A DNA stretch of 64,000 nucleotides from Cercozoa sp. M6MM (taxonomy: Eukaryota; Protista; Endomyxa: Ascetosporea): assembly GCA_040357565.1 (NCBI GenBank), contig JBDODJ010000024.1. One strand, 5' to 3'. The position numbers and the translations under genes are program-made. The notes beneath the pieces were generated by a model, which saw nothing but the letters and a program-made list of their open reading frames with translations, was not told the origin of the DNA and searched no databases. Within the stretch, counting starts at the first letter, position 1, and each line of letters opens with the position of its first letter. Shown one piece after another: positions 13,092 to 32,704 of this stretch.

Positions 13092-16000
13092 TCAGTCCAG
13101 CGTCGATGCGCCGCTACGTCGACGCAGAAAGCTAGTCGAACCTGGGCTTGTGTAGCTAAACAGCGCTTCGTATTCCACGTCGTCCTCTTGTTCCAATTGG
13201 TCCTTCAATGAAAACTCGCGGAGTAGACGCCTTGCGTTTTGGTTCTCTAAACCAACAGCAATTCAAGTATTTATGTTCCTAAAGGCAATCAAAGTACCTT
13301 GAAGCACGATAGGATTGTCCTCAAACACAGAAGATGAACGCGATTCGATGACGATTCGTTTGGTGACGTCGTCATCGAAAAGTGGTCGTGTTGGCAGTGG
13401 GACCGCGACCTGACTTTCCATTCCACTCGTGTGCTCTGATGTGTTGTCACTCACGCCAGGGATGGGAGAAACTGGGCTAACTTGAACCCTCTTGATTTGC
13501 GGTTTCGTTATCGGCGCGCGGTCATTTTCACCTTGCTTTGAGAAATGCGAGGCGAGCGTTGACAGAGTTAGTCGGGTACTGCGCTCTTGCCTGTAGGATT
13601 GTAGCAATATCTGTACAGAAGACAGACTTCCTTTCTAGCAGCCTATCAGTTTCTTCATTTTACCGTTGCAAAAGAACCTCCATTGCATTTGCCAGCTTTG
13701 AGCTAAAACGCAACTTTGTTTCGCAACCGAGCGTGCAGGATAGACGAGACACAATTACTTATACCTTTGGGCTTGGAGTTCTTTGATGTGTTGTCGTTGT
13801 CGTTCGAGTAAATTCTCGAATCCTCTTTGCTGAGTAAGCAGCTCTTGGACTTCTGCGCAGCGAAAGAAAAGCGATATGGTCATTTGTAGCAGAATTAACA
13901 AACTCACTGTGTTCAATTCGGTGAGTATGCTGTGTCCGATTGTACTTCACATCGAATGACGTCCTTGCGGACTCAAACATGTATAAACTCGAGACTAGTT
14001 GACTATAACTCAATGGCACAAGCAAACATACCGACTGACGCTGAAAACAGAAGAAAGCATAGTATACTGAAATTTACTCTTTTGCTAAGCGTGTTTTCCA
14101 TGACGACTCAAGGGAAGATTTCGCAGCGCGTTTTGTTCTAGCAACTTACACATTGTGTTTGGTCCTATCTTGATGGTACACATATTGTTCTTTCAACTCA
14201 CCGACTGTACTTCCAGAACGAACCGATTACATTGCATGCTAGGCGTTCTGTGCACAACAGTGCCTTGAGTCGGGGAATGTGAACGTGTGGTTAGCATGTG
14301 AGAGTATACTACATACGTACCGATCTTGGCGGCGCAAGCGCTTCTGGAGATGAACTCAACCAGCCTGGTTTCTTGGGGTCTGTTTGGAAGCAAAAAAAGG
14401 CTCCATGCAAGAGCAGTATTTGCAATTGTGCATTTATCAACAAGCAGCAAGAGCATGCAAATCACTGGAGAGACAGATGTGCATAGATGGTTCCGACCAC
14501 CAATGAGGTTCTAAACAACGACCGAAACAACCGAAGAATGAGTTTTCGATATTGTGCTTGAATAGCAAGCGAACTGTATATTTACATCACGACGCTGCAG
14601 ACGCCGGCGACGGCAGTTGTGTAGCGGCCACAAACCCTGGGTAAAAATGAAAACTTTATTTGCACATTATGCACATCATCGTTATATGTGTTTGTTTTAC
14701 GTGACTGGAACGACATCGCCGTAGCCGATTGTAGTAAGACTCACAATAATGAGCCAGAGAGCTGCTCACCGTCGCATGGAAAGGCGTAGTTTAAATTAAA
14801 TCGAGGTACAGTTCATGTTGTTTGTTTTTGGTATTCTAACCAATTTTACCATCAGACAGACTGTTAATCGCTATGTTATACCCCCGTTCACAGATCTAAA
14901 CAGTAGAATCAACTGGTTTAAGTTTAGTGTAAAAATACCACTGCAGGCCTGCAGTTAAAGTTGGAGCCAACTGGACTTACCCAGAGTGAGTAGGATGACG
15001 AGAAAAGCACAGCCAGTGAGCTCGGTATCAGTAACCAAAAGGGGTACTCATAGAGTACGTTCTTGATCGTGAAGGCCAAGGTCAGACGAAAATGATACCC
15101 TGGAATCCCAGAAACAGTGTTACTGTAAATTTAAGTTTTCGAGCGAGTTTTTTGAAAGGTTTCTGTACAAATCATTAGGATCTTGCTGGCAGGGGTAAAC
15201 AAGAACTCTTGGAGCAGAGGAACGATTAAATACAACCGGAGAAACATTAAAACGACCCATGGATTCTGAAAACCGAAAAAAGATATTTTTGACGTGCTGT
15301 AATCACTCCGCTGGCAGAGTCAATTTTCGGTACCACAACTTTGTGTTCTTCTGAACGTGGCTTTGAGTAGCTCAACACGCTTCCTGGAGCAAGAGCTACG
15401 TTGACTTCGTGACGCAAAAAGGGTGGTTCATGGACGACGCAGATCAGGAGCTCCCACAAGAAACGGTTCCTTACTAGGGAAAATCTATATGGGGCAGCCT
15501 CCCACAAGTATTTTCGTGAGACTGCGACACCCAATTCATAGATTCCGTTCATTTTAAACTATGGTAGAAGAAAGATGCAAATTTACGCTGCAGGTATCGC
15601 AGGCCATGAGATGTGTAATCCCAAACGCCAAAAACCAAGAGCAGCGTTAGGACACTACTTGCAAAACGCGCGGCTTCTGCATTCAAATCGTCGTACCCCA
15701 GGTCGAACGGGATCAGTTTGAAAACAAAACTCAAAAGTAAAAATGTGACCTGCTGCTGTTTCAAGCCCCTGAAAGTCCAACTCCTTTGCGACAATTGCAA
15801 CTGCAATTCCCCTGGAAAAATTACAATACAAAGCATCATCCACGAGCGTTCATTTTTGACCCTGAACTGAAACTGGAACTGAAACTGAGCCGAAAATCTC
15901 ACGTCACTGCGACGACAAAATTCAACAGAGCAGCCCGTCTTCTTCTGTGAACGACAAAGGAGAATGCTTGAACCATCTTACAGGTCAGCGGATTCTCTTC

Positions 16001-16429
16001 TGGTGTGCGTCAAACAAAAATAAAACAACTGAAATACTGTAAAAATCGTTGCTTTTCTCGTTCAGAAATTTTATTCACCAGCAAAACGAAGAAACGAAGG
16101 GTCTTTCAGCAAGACTCCTGCGCTCATGTGTTTGACTTCCGACTGCCCGGTACCAAGACTGTCGGCGGGCTTCAGTTCAGATGTTTCACTAAAATAGTTC
16201 TCGTCTGAGCCGACAGTACTCAGTTGTATCCTTGGGGGCTTGGCACGACGGTGTCCCGAGACCTGTTGCAACAGTCGAATTGGAATCTGCCACTGCAACA
16301 AGAGCAACATTTTACGAAGCGTTGGTCGCCTTCAAACCCGGTAAGCGGCTCGTTTTCAAGTTCATCATTGAGCTTGCATAGATCAGCCGACCCACCGGTG
16401 TGCTGTGGAAAGATCCGAGCTGTGAACAT
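13092..16429 (-). CDS. Small-conductance Ca2+-activated K+ channel (SK/KCNN-like); terminal exons uncertain
   Basis: Spliced exons give S1 GIAVAIVAKELDF, S3 WELLICVVHEPP, S4 LMFLRLYLI (~15222-15250), S5 FTIKNVLYEYPFWLL, pore LWLIIVSLTTIGYGDVVPVT (~14702-14760), S6 CGRYTTAVAGVCSVVITSLVVG and a CaM-binding-like ETRLVEF...ACNVIGSFW. Confidence 0.92.
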
Positions 16430-16743
16430 CTTAGCTTGACTGCGAGCAAGAGCTGCAAAAGCAGTTTTTGAGCTTGAGTGCAGATAGACCAGTGGGATGA
16501 CGCATCCCTTCCGCGTGGAAGCTGGGAAATCAGAACGTCTCAGGACTCGTAGTCTAGGTGCGGTGATCGGATGCGGACGGATAATGGGCCTATCGCAGTA
16601 CCGTGCTGTACTAGTCAATCGATCGCGACCGACCAGCTGAGCGCTCAACTGGTACACTCCAGTAGCAAACGAAAACTGAAGCAGCCCGAGGCGAGCAGCG
16701 CACGCATGCGCACACACCCGACCTACACTACACCTAACCTCGC

Positions 16744-17877
16744 CTACTCAGGACCATCAATGAAGCCGCCCGGCATGTAGAAGCGCGTCGAGAAGGCATG
16801 CACGTCAGCAGCAAGCTTGGCGATTTCGCCTGTGCCCAAATTCACGTGCATAGTATAAGCCAGCCAAGCAAAACAGTGAAGCGCACGGGAACAAAACAAT
16901 GTACCGTCAGCATCACGACGCATCTCCTTCTTGAAATCGACGACCTTTTTGCTGGCCGCGTTCTCTTGCACCTGTGCGAACAGACACGGTGATAGCCTTG
17001 GGGTCCAGGCGTTCGAGCAAGGTACCTTCAGCGAGATCTCAACAGCGCGCCACAGGAAGTCAGCCACCGCACGCATGTCGTCCTCCTTGAGACCACGCGA
17101 CGTCAATGCCGGCGTGCCGATGCGCACGCCTACGCGTGCAGAGGGAGAGTACCACGTGACACTGAGGTATTGCACACAGCGGGATCATCAGAGACTACCA
17201 CCGGGCGACAGGGCACTCTTGTCGCCGGCCACAGTGTTCTTGTTGAGCGTGATGTGCACCTCGTCACACAGTGCGTCGAACTACACAGTGTTTGTGTCAC
17301 ACTGGGATGAGTGTCCAGACAAGCGCCGAAGAGAAGTCTACCTTGGCACCAGTCAGACCGAGCGGACGCAGGTTCCACAAGATCAGGTGGTTGTCGGAAC
17401 CGCCTGCACTTAAACGCATGCCATCAACAATACACTACGAGTGTACAGCAGAGAACGCACCAGTTTGCAGAGTGCAGCCCTTCTCGATCAGAGCCTCCGC
17501 CAGGGTCTGAGGAACACACATACACATTCAGTCCACTCTCTCATAGTAGGAGGGTGGGAAAGTGGTAAATATATGGCATCTCATGCAGCCGCTACCTTGG
17601 AGTTGGCGACCACTTGCTGCGCGTACTGCTGCCACGCAGGCGACGCGACCTCCTTCATCTGCGTGGCCACGGCAGCGATCTGGTGGTTGTGCGGACCACC
17701 TGTGCGCACACATCTTGTGTGCATGCTTGCAGAACCTGTGTACATGAGCGACGAATGCTGGGATACCCTGGACGGACGGGAACACCGAGAAGTCGCACTG
17801 ATCCTGCAGCTCACGACGGTAGAACAGCAGCGCCGAGCGAGGCCCTGTGCAGGCACACCACCGTGCACACTTCCAGT

Positions 17878-17925
<48 letters not shown>

Positions 17926-17935
17926 NNNNNNNNNN

Positions 17936-17984
<49 letters not shown>

Positions 17985-18087
17985 TCTACTTCTATGAAGA
18001 GTGGGCGAGGTACCGCGCAGCGACTTGTGCGTCGTGGTAGTGACAACGTCGGCGTACTCGAAGGGTGACTTGACCACCTTGCCTGCC

Positions 18088-18122
<35 letters not shown>

Positions 18123-18703
18123 CTTGGCGCCCGTGCTGTCGCAGATCTTGCGGAAGCGCTCGTAGTCGTAGTCGCGCGGGTAGGCCGAGGCACCGGCGAC
18201 GATGAGCTTCGGCAGGAAGCGCGAGGCCAGCATTTCGAGCTACACCCACAACACGTGTATGTACACTAGCCAAGCAATGTTGTTGGTGGAGGCACCTCAT
18301 CGTAGTCGATCAGACCAGTCTCGGCGTTGACGCGGTAGGGCAGACTCTCGTAGAAGACCGAGGAGATATTGACCTTACGCGCCTTGTTGTAGTAGCCGTG
18401 CGACAGGTGACCACCGTGCGGCAGGTCGAGGCCCATCACTCGCTCGTGCGGCTTGAGCAGCTACGCACGTACGTACACATACGTACATATCCACACATAC
18501 ACACATACATACATACATACATACGTGCATGAATACATACATACACACACAAATACATACATACATACCTACACATATAAACACGCACACAAGAGATAAA
18601 CAATGTGTACAGCGTTGAAAGCGGCGATGTTGGCAATGCTGCCCGAGTAAGGCTGCACGTTGACGCCCCACTCCTGCCACAACAAGATGCGAGTAACAAC
18701 TAT

Positions 18704-18779
<76 letters not shown>

Positions 18780-18884
18780 NNNNNNNNNNNNNNNNNNNNN
18801 NNNNNNNNNNNNNNNNNNNNNNNNNNNNNNNNNNNNNNNNNNNNNNNNNNNNNNNNNNNNNNNNNNNNNNNNNNNNNNNAAACA

Positions 18885-18975
<91 letters not shown>

Positions 18976-19673
18976 ACACAAGTTCAAGCACCTCGGGCGA
19001 CAGACCAAACGCCTCGAGAGCTCGCTTCTGGCACAGCAGCTCCACCTACGACAGCACAAATAAGACACTTGTTGTCACATGTGTGACACACCACACAGGT
19101 AGCCGCATACCTGGTCAATGTACTCATTGCCACCGTAGTAGCGGGCACCCGGGAGACCCTCCGAGTACCTAATTTAGATAAAAATACAAACACACGCGAC
19201 AACAAGCGAAGACAACAAACACTACTTGTTGGTGAGGCAGCTGCCCAGCGCCTGCATCACGGCACGAGACGTGAAGTTCTCCTGCACAAGTCACGACAGT
19301 TACACACACACACACCCCACACCACAGCAGCCTGCTGTACCGACGCAATCAGCTCGAGTCCACGGAACTGACGCTGCTCCTCTTTCTGCACAAAGCACAC
19401 GATGTAAGCAAATCTCGCATAGTGAGAAAAGTCGCCGATACTGCGTACCTCGATGAGGGTGGCCATCTCGGGATCCGCTTGCTCCAGCGACTGCGTCTGC
19501 GCCTGCGACTGCCAGGCCGCGCACGACTCGGCACGAGTCTACAGTCGCAACAAGTGACCGCGTGCGATTCAGCGAATCCGCAAAAGCGCATCTCCTCCGC
19601 AAATAGCACTGACTTTCACGGTAAAAAATACCTGCACATGACGCAAGAGTTTGCAAGACCGGCGCAAAGCCAT
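16744..19673 (-). CDS. SHMT: Serine hydroxymethyltransferase, probably mitochondrial
   Basis: [55 protein letters not shown] (PLP lysine), QGGPHNH and [13 protein letters not shown]. Arg-rich presequence [14 protein letters not shown]. Confidence 0.98.
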
Positions 19674-19866
19674 CTCTAGTCTACCCTCTGCTTTCACAAA
19701 CAGACACAACACACGCTGGGCTACACCAACGGCGGCGCGTGTCAATGTCAGACTGGTCGGTGGGTATTGTAGCACCCTAAATAAACGGTGATTCTCTGTT
19801 CATTTCAGTTGATCAAAGATGCTGCTGAGCTATACAGCCATTAAATTACCCTAATCTGCCACAGAG

Positions 19867-23500
<3,634 letters not shown>

Positions 23501-23765
23501 CCACTCCGAACAGCTACCACGAATTTTGCAAGTCTCAATTTATACCTCGCATAGCACATCATGCGCCGATCCACGCACACTCATGCGCTCGTGCGACTGT
23601 AAGCAGACTGCTACAGCAACTAAATTCTCTTCTAGTGAAGCCGTGCTGGTAGATAAGCGCACCCTTAATCATAAGTATTAAAGAAAGTCATTTTGTGTTT
23701 CTGCTGTTTACTCTGGAGTATCGACGCGTATTTGAGTGTGATTACCCCGTAGAATACTACAAATA

Positions 23766-24625
23766 ATGTCCCAGGTGCCAGAAGGCCAAGGTGCGATGCG
23801 GTTTCATGATATCATCATTAGAATCTTCGTGATTCTTGTGCTGCTTGCCCATCGAAGAGTATATTATTGTTTTTGTGCAGCTTGCGTGGGCCCACAGTCA
23901 GAGGCGGCAGGTAAGGCCGCTTCCTGCGAAGGCTGCCCCAACCAGTCCGCCTGTGCGAGTGGGTACCTTGCCCTCAACGAGGTTTTCCCACTTTGCGTAC
24001 CATCGATGTATGTGTGTAGGCAAATGCGTGCTGCTTCGGATGCCACGAGTGCTGCTATCACTGCGGCTTTGTCTCAGGTAGATTGATGCGTCTGCCATTT
24101 CTTGATGACAGAGCAACACCGATGCCTTTTGATGTAGGTGAAGCACAAGCTGCTCGTGCTCAGTGGCAAGGTACCACCCGTGTGCCAACTTAGTCATACT
24201 TGTCGTGACCAGTTTTTGCCGTTCAGGGCGGTGTTGGCAAGTCGACATTTGCCGCTCAACTCGCCTACGCTCTTGCCTTGCGTCAGGTATTCCTGCTGGT
24301 GGAGACACATGTGCGATCAGACTGAGGGTCTCTCTAGGGTCGTCGTGTTGGTGTGCTTGACATTGACATCTGCGGTCCTTCGGCCCCGCGATTGCTCGGC
24401 TGTGAGGTGCGTGCTCCTGTTGTTGACTGTCATCGTCTGTGTACAAGCACGTGTGTGTCGTGTGTTTTTTGGCTCGACTACAGACCATGCCAGTGCACCG
24501 CAGCGGCGGTGGTCTGTGGACGCCAGTGTCGCCGGCGGTGGGGCGCGACCGACTGTCAGTCATGTCGGTCGGCTTCCTGCTGCAGAACCGCACGGACGCC
24601 GTGATCTGGAGAGGGTCAGTTCCTG

Positions 24626-24694
<69 letters not shown>

Positions 24695-25690
24695 ATACGT
24701 ACTCAGAGTGTGCTGTTGTTGTTGGATGGTAGGCCGCGAAAGACAGGTCTGATCCGGCAGTTCCTGAGCGATGTGCTGTGGGAGCAGCAAGACTACTTGG
24801 TACGGGATGGTCGGTTCAACCGATGTAGAAAGAGTTGTAGTTGCTTGGGTGATGCAGGTTGTCGACACGCCGCCTGGCACGTCGGATGAGCACATCAGTG
24901 CCGCTCAGTTCCTCGTGCGTTGCTATGTACAAGAGAGTTTAACTCACGGTTGTGTGTGTATGTACAGGGTCACTCGGCAGACGGTGCCATTCTCGTCACG
25001 ACTCCTCAGGTAGAGACTCGGTGTTGCTGTTGCTTCCTTCTCTCTCGAGACACAGTTCATCGACCAATAGGAGGTGGCCTTGTTGGACGTGCGCAAGGAG
25101 ATCACGTTCTGTCGCAAGAGCGGTATCAAGGTGCTCGGCGTCGTCGAGAACATGGCCGGCTTTGTGTGCCCATGCTGCAACCATGGTGCGTGTCAACTTT
25201 GTTGTCACCTGTCTGCATCTGTGTTTGCTCGTCTGTCTGACTCTGTATTTTCTTGTGGTGTGCCTACAGAGACTGACGTGTTCACGCCGTCAACAGGCGG
25301 TGCTGAGGCCATGTGCAAGTACTGTTTCCTCCCATCCGTCTGTCTATATTGTATCTTCCTCTACTACACGAACATGCCATACGCAGGGAGATGAACGTGC
25401 CTTTCCTGGGTCGACTGCCACTGGACCGACACCTTGTGCGCTGCAGCGAGCTGGGTCTGCCGCTGGTGGAGGAGGCGCCCGACTCGGCTGCCTGCAAAGC
25501 ACTGTTGGACATTGTCGAGAGTACCACTCCCTTTCAACCCTTGTCCCCCATCGTGTTGTGTGTATTATTCCGGCTGGTCTGACACTCAGAGATCCATGAG
25601 TGCACGCCGGCGCTGGCTGAGACGTTCGCGTTGCCGAAAGACGCCTTTTCAGACGAGGAGGAGGACTCCTCCGACGAGGACATGGGCTAG
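23766..25690 (+). CDS. NBP35: Cytosolic Fe-S cluster assembly factor NUBP1/Nbp35
   Basis: N-terminal [25 protein letters not shown]-loop [38 protein letters not shown] and [11 protein letters not shown]. Confidence 0.97.
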
Positions 25691-25950
25691 ACGAACAAAA
25701 GATTTAACACCGGCGACGCTAAGCTGCGTTCGGTTCGTTCCGTTCAAGTTAGTTTTCTCGAAAATGCTCTCGTGCCAACGTACGTACGATAGAGCTCACT
25801 CTAGTTTTGCGACTGCGGTTGAACGCTTTATACTAAAAAATTTAGGTCAAATCTAGGGTACGGGCCCATAACTCTCTTGCGAATTGCGCATGCGCCTGGC
25901 GGGAACTTTTGTACGGCTCATTTTTAGTCGGTGTGTTTTGTTGCATTAGT

Positions 25951-28243
<2,293 letters not shown>

Positions 28244-28407
28244 TTTAAAACTATGGCACACTATAGCTTTGTCGAGCACCCAAGGGCACACACGCGACCG
28301 CAGTTTGGCGCACTGTCTGATCAAAGATATTTTTTAAGGGTGACTGTGTTGTGGACTGTTCTCTATCCCTGGACACCACGTGTGACGGCTGCGTGTGCAC
28401 TCGTTAA

Positions 28408-28834
28408 ATGTTGTTGACTTTGCTTCTTATCGTCGCTGCTGCGTGTATCTTGTTTGCTGCGTCCTATATCTGGTCCGTCCATTGCTTTTGCGTGTTTCCT
28501 AGTGGCGCATGCGTCGCCGGACGAGCTGACACTCGAGGTGCGCGATGTTTCAGGTGAATGGAGACAAGCTGCGCAGTTCCAGGTGTCGCACAGCGTTGTG
28601 TCGATCGATTTCGACTTGCCAAAGTCCATCGAGGTGTGAACTCACTGTGCTTTTGCTTTCAAGGGGTGTTTTGTGACACATTGCGTTCGTTGCAGAAGGT
28701 GCGCATGCGCGTAAAGCAACGTGGAGAGATTCGCGCCCGTTTCACTTTCGACAAGAGTCCAAACGGTCGCTATGAGATGGATGTATCCTGGTTTCCTCGT
28801 ATGTGAGTCGAGGTAGTGTGTGTATGTTGTGTGT

Positions 28835-28889
<55 letters not shown>

Positions 28890-29175
28890 GGACAGGCATG
28901 GATGCACCCGCGCGAGCACACGTTAGAAGCCTTCGCCGTTCGATCAGTCGAAGGCAAGTCAAAGGGAGGCAAAGCACACATGCGCGTCAAGAAGCGTCAT
29001 GCCACGGTACGGCTACACTGTGTCGATGTTTGAACTTACTTGGCCTGCGAACAACAGGTGGCGCCGTCGCTCAGCAAGGTGCAGAGAGAGCACACGCGAC
29101 ACACGCAGCAGGAGCAGCAGAAACAGCAGCCGTCCTTCTTGGTCAAATACGTACTGTTGCTTATATATGTTTCTG

Positions 29176-29228
<53 letters not shown>

Positions 29229-29389
29229 GGACGCACGCACGCACGCACACACACACACATATATATATATATCACATACATACAAACGAGTGCGTGCTGC
29301 TGTAGTGGTACGTCGCACTGCCGGTGGGTTTCTTGCTGCTGTCGTCGCTCCTGGGAGGCGGCGGCGAAGCTTCGGCCGCGTCGTCTTAG
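28408..29389 (+). CDS. EMC10: ER membrane protein complex subunit 10-like
   Basis: Signal peptide MLLTLLLIVAAALAHA. The spliced C-terminus QQPSFLVKY|WYVALPVGFLLLSSLLGGGG matches the EMC10 SFxxKYW-TM motif. Confidence 0.72.
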
Positions 29390-29677
29390 TTAAACGACCA
29401 GCTTCAATGTCGTTCCGTGCAGTTGATTTCCAGACGCTACGGTAACGACCGCCTACCACACTGCACGGCACCGTGAGTCGGGTAGCTTTACGTTTCAGTA
29501 GTTAACGTTTTAGTTCCCTTCCGTACGGTATAAAATGATTCAGTAGCTCGCCGAGTGGAGCAACCAAATCGCTCAACTAATCATGAATTAGTAAACGTAA
29601 AATTGAAGTCAAAGCAGCCCGGCACAGGGAGGCGAGGTTGAGGATTGCGCAACCGAACTAAGCAATCTTGCGCTTCG

Positions 29678-30830
29678 TCAGTCGTGGTCAGAGTCTGCAT
29701 GGGCGGCAGCGGCGAAACTGTTGGCGAGAGAGCGTCGTAGCAAGTCATCCTCAGCAACGTTGCCTGTCAGTGTAACAGCACTGAGTCGGTGCACACACTG
29801 AGAGTGGAGTAAGTTAGATTAAACTCACTGGAGAAAGCGGCGCGCGTGATTTTCGAAACCGTGTTGGGAGAGTGACTTTTTTGGTGGACTTGTTTGACTG
29901 CACCGAGAAAATGGAGTCCTTGCAGAATGTGCGAATGCGAATTTACCAATGACAGGAGTGGGTGGTCTCGTGAAACGCTGCTGCTGCGCCGCTTGCTGGA
30001 TCTGTGCCTCTGCTCTCCTGTACACCAAGCGAGCGTGATACGCCAAGGAAAACGCATGCACGAAACCATACGCAAAGTGCACGAGTGAACGCAATCGATA
30101 TCGTCTGCGAAAGATGGCGTGATACTGCGACACGCTGGGGTGCCGCAACAGTGTGTAGACCTGAGTGGGTCAAATTGAGTTAAACACAGACACAATTCAT
30201 TGGAGAGACGAATATGATACCTGGAGGGCCACCCGAGACTCAGTGCCGCGGTTGAGCAAACACCGAACAGTGTCGGAAGGTGCGCGAATGGCACAGTATC
30301 CCGAGTATAGAACCGAGGCACACACGACGGCCTGCACAAATGAATTAGTCTAGAATGCCTGGAGCAACCCGCAAGCACGCAACCGACCATGAACAATCGT
30401 CGCCTTTTCAGACTCGGTTTCCACCTTGATACTGCAGCACAGCAAAAAAAAACATAGCAAGGCAATGGACAGCCTTTGGAGCATTATACAGAAAGCGACA
30501 ACAGCAGCAGCGAGTATGCAGTGACGCACAAGACGGCGCTTTGCCTCTGTGGTGTTCCGGGAGAATTTATGCATACACACCAACCACTTAGGCCCATACT
30601 TTCCGGTAGTCGTAGGATTTGCTCCTCTTCTGGCGATAGCGTCATGTCACGTCTCTTCAACCACTGGAAACACAAAAAAGAAATCTGATCACAGAAACCA
30701 CTGGAAACACAAAAAAGAAATCAGCGGTTGATTTCCACCCACCTGCTGAAGAATATCCAGCACATGGCTTTCGCTGACGCCTGGAAATAAGCGATCCATG
30801 GTGTGCAAAGGCGGTGCACCCGCGATCCTT
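29678..30830 (-). CDS. Small multi-exon hypothetical protein; boundaries approximate
   Basis: Short open exons flanked by GT/AG, e.g. WLKRRDMTLSPEEEQILRLPES and RRAEAQIQQAAQQQRF; no family recognised. Confidence 0.4.
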
Positions 30831-31019
30831 CCGCAAAGCGACAGGCAAGGTGCATGGGGAACGAGTCTATCATCGGCCGGTGCGCACCCTTAAACAATAT
30901 TTTTGTGTGAAGACAGTTCAGAACCCACCCGATACGCCCATCCCCTGACACAAAAGACAATGCTTCCCCTAGTAAACGCGCCCAAGTGGACATGCAGGCC
31001 GACCGACGATGCCTCTGCA

Positions 31020-32479
31020 ATGGTCGAGCGCTGGCGCCCCGCGATCAGGCACCACACATTCTGTCACTGGGCGGTCGCGATCCTGCTCCTCGCTTCGGTA
31101 CCCGTTCCATGCACCAAGCGGCGTGCGTCTGCTGTATGTGTGCCCGTTATGTGTAGACACTTCTCGTGTACGCGTGGCATTTCGATCCGATCTTGGAGTC
31201 CTTCGACCCGAAGCTGGTGGCAATCGATCCGACGCAACGTAACCACATTGTGTCGCGCAAGGTCGATTCAGCCCCTGCCGCTGCGTACTTGCAGCAGTTC
31301 GGCGCTCTTGGACACGCGCCCGCAGACGGGCATGGCGAGTCGCCTTGGTTGCACTTCGCGCGCACGCGACTGGATCTGCCACACGACATCAAGGCGTGGT
31401 TGGACTTCGCGTGGGCGCCCCTGTACCTGCCGTACGACAACGGCACGGTCGACTTGGCGTCCCTCCTCGGAGGCAGCGGACGGATCCACTTTCTGCACCA
31501 GGGTGGCAAGCGGCCACAAATTGCCGATACGAGTCGATTCGATCTGGCTCAAGTCCGGATCCCGTCCGCGTACGCGCACCATGTGTTGGCGCTTCGGTCC
31601 GACCATAAGTCACTGCTCGTGTGCGGGGTCGAAACGAACCCCACCTTCCACGCAGGCGTGTGCACGATGTTCGCTGTGGCCCGCTCGCTCTGTCTGCATT
31701 TCGTAGATCCGAGTAAGTGCGACTTCCACGAAGTCACCGCGATCGCCGCGTTCGGGGAGAAAGAATTCCTCCTGCACTATTGCCCGGATCGTACAGACGC
31801 GTTGGTGGCCGACATGCTGCATGCCGTGGCGCGAATGTTGCATGCCAGGTGGGAACAGATGACAGACGCAGAGCGCAGCGCGCTGTACATTGCCACGCGG
31901 CTGCACATGAGCGACGGTCTTATCCCGACGCTTCTCGTGATTCTCGATTGCGTCCTGGTGGCCGTTTGCCGCCCACTCGCGCTGGTTGTGCTTTTCGTGG
32001 GGTGCTTGCTTCCGAGCATCGAAGAGCGTATTTTCTATCCCGGGATGCGGGCCGCAGAACGGCTGTTACCGGTCATCCGCACTCTGACCGTCACGAGCAA
32101 CCGATGGAGCGCCGGTGTGCTGGCCATAATCACATGGGCCTCGCTGCAGCAGGTGGCCGAAATCTCGGGCCAGTTGCTGACGCGAGTAGATGCTTCGATC
32201 CGACTCGCCGACGGGAGCACCCGCGACACAATCCGCATGACGACGCAGGTGGACACCTACGTGGCGAGTGCAGTGGCAAGCGCGGTGGCCATCGCATCAA
32301 CGCTCTTGTCCGCCGCTCCGCCGAAAAACTACAACGCCGCTTCCATGATGCGTTCGGTGGGACGCCGTTCGCTGCTTTGGCGATCGGTGCTCTGTTCACT
32401 GTCCGATGCCACGGTGGCCTCGCTTTTCGCGACACACCTTGTACTGGCATTGCACCCGTACACCTACCTGGGCTTGTGA
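31020..32479 (+). CDS. Nearly intronless hypothetical membrane protein (~470 aa, one intron)
   Basis: Exon 1 MVERWRP...AILLLAS is spliced (gtaccc...gtgtag) to a 1.3-kb open exon. It has an N-terminal TM, several C-terminal hydrophobic segments and GC3-rich codons. Confidence 0.75.
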
Positions 32480-32625
32480 TTCTGCCGCAGCCTTTCGTCT
32501 TTTCCTGGCGTAGTCCACTTTTGCACGGAGCTTAGAGAGATGCTTTGCCTGGTCGGCAGAGAGCCCTTTCTGGAAAGGAACAATCTATCGTGTGCTCTTT
32601 CGAGGTCAGTATCAAGCACAGGGTA

Positions 32626-32704
32626 ATTAGCAGAGTCTTAAAGGAAACCAACTAAGTAGTTCCCCTGCACGCATAGGGGAAGGGTTTTAACACTTTCCGA
32701 AGGT
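32626..32704 (-). mobile_element. Dispersed repeat copy A (putative truncated retroposon) with stem-loop
   Basis: gagtcttaaaggaaaccaactaagtagttcccctgcac is similar to 48842-48878. Hairpin ttcccct-N8-aggggaa. Flanked by cagggta at 32619-32625 and 32705-32711. Confidence 0.55.

Noticed and set aside
31604-31650. KSLLVCGVETNPTF resembles a 2A ribosomal-skipping peptide (SLLTCGDVEENPGP)
   Set aside because: It lacks the Asp and the essential terminal GP of D(V/I)ExNPGP, so it is probably coincidental or non-functional.
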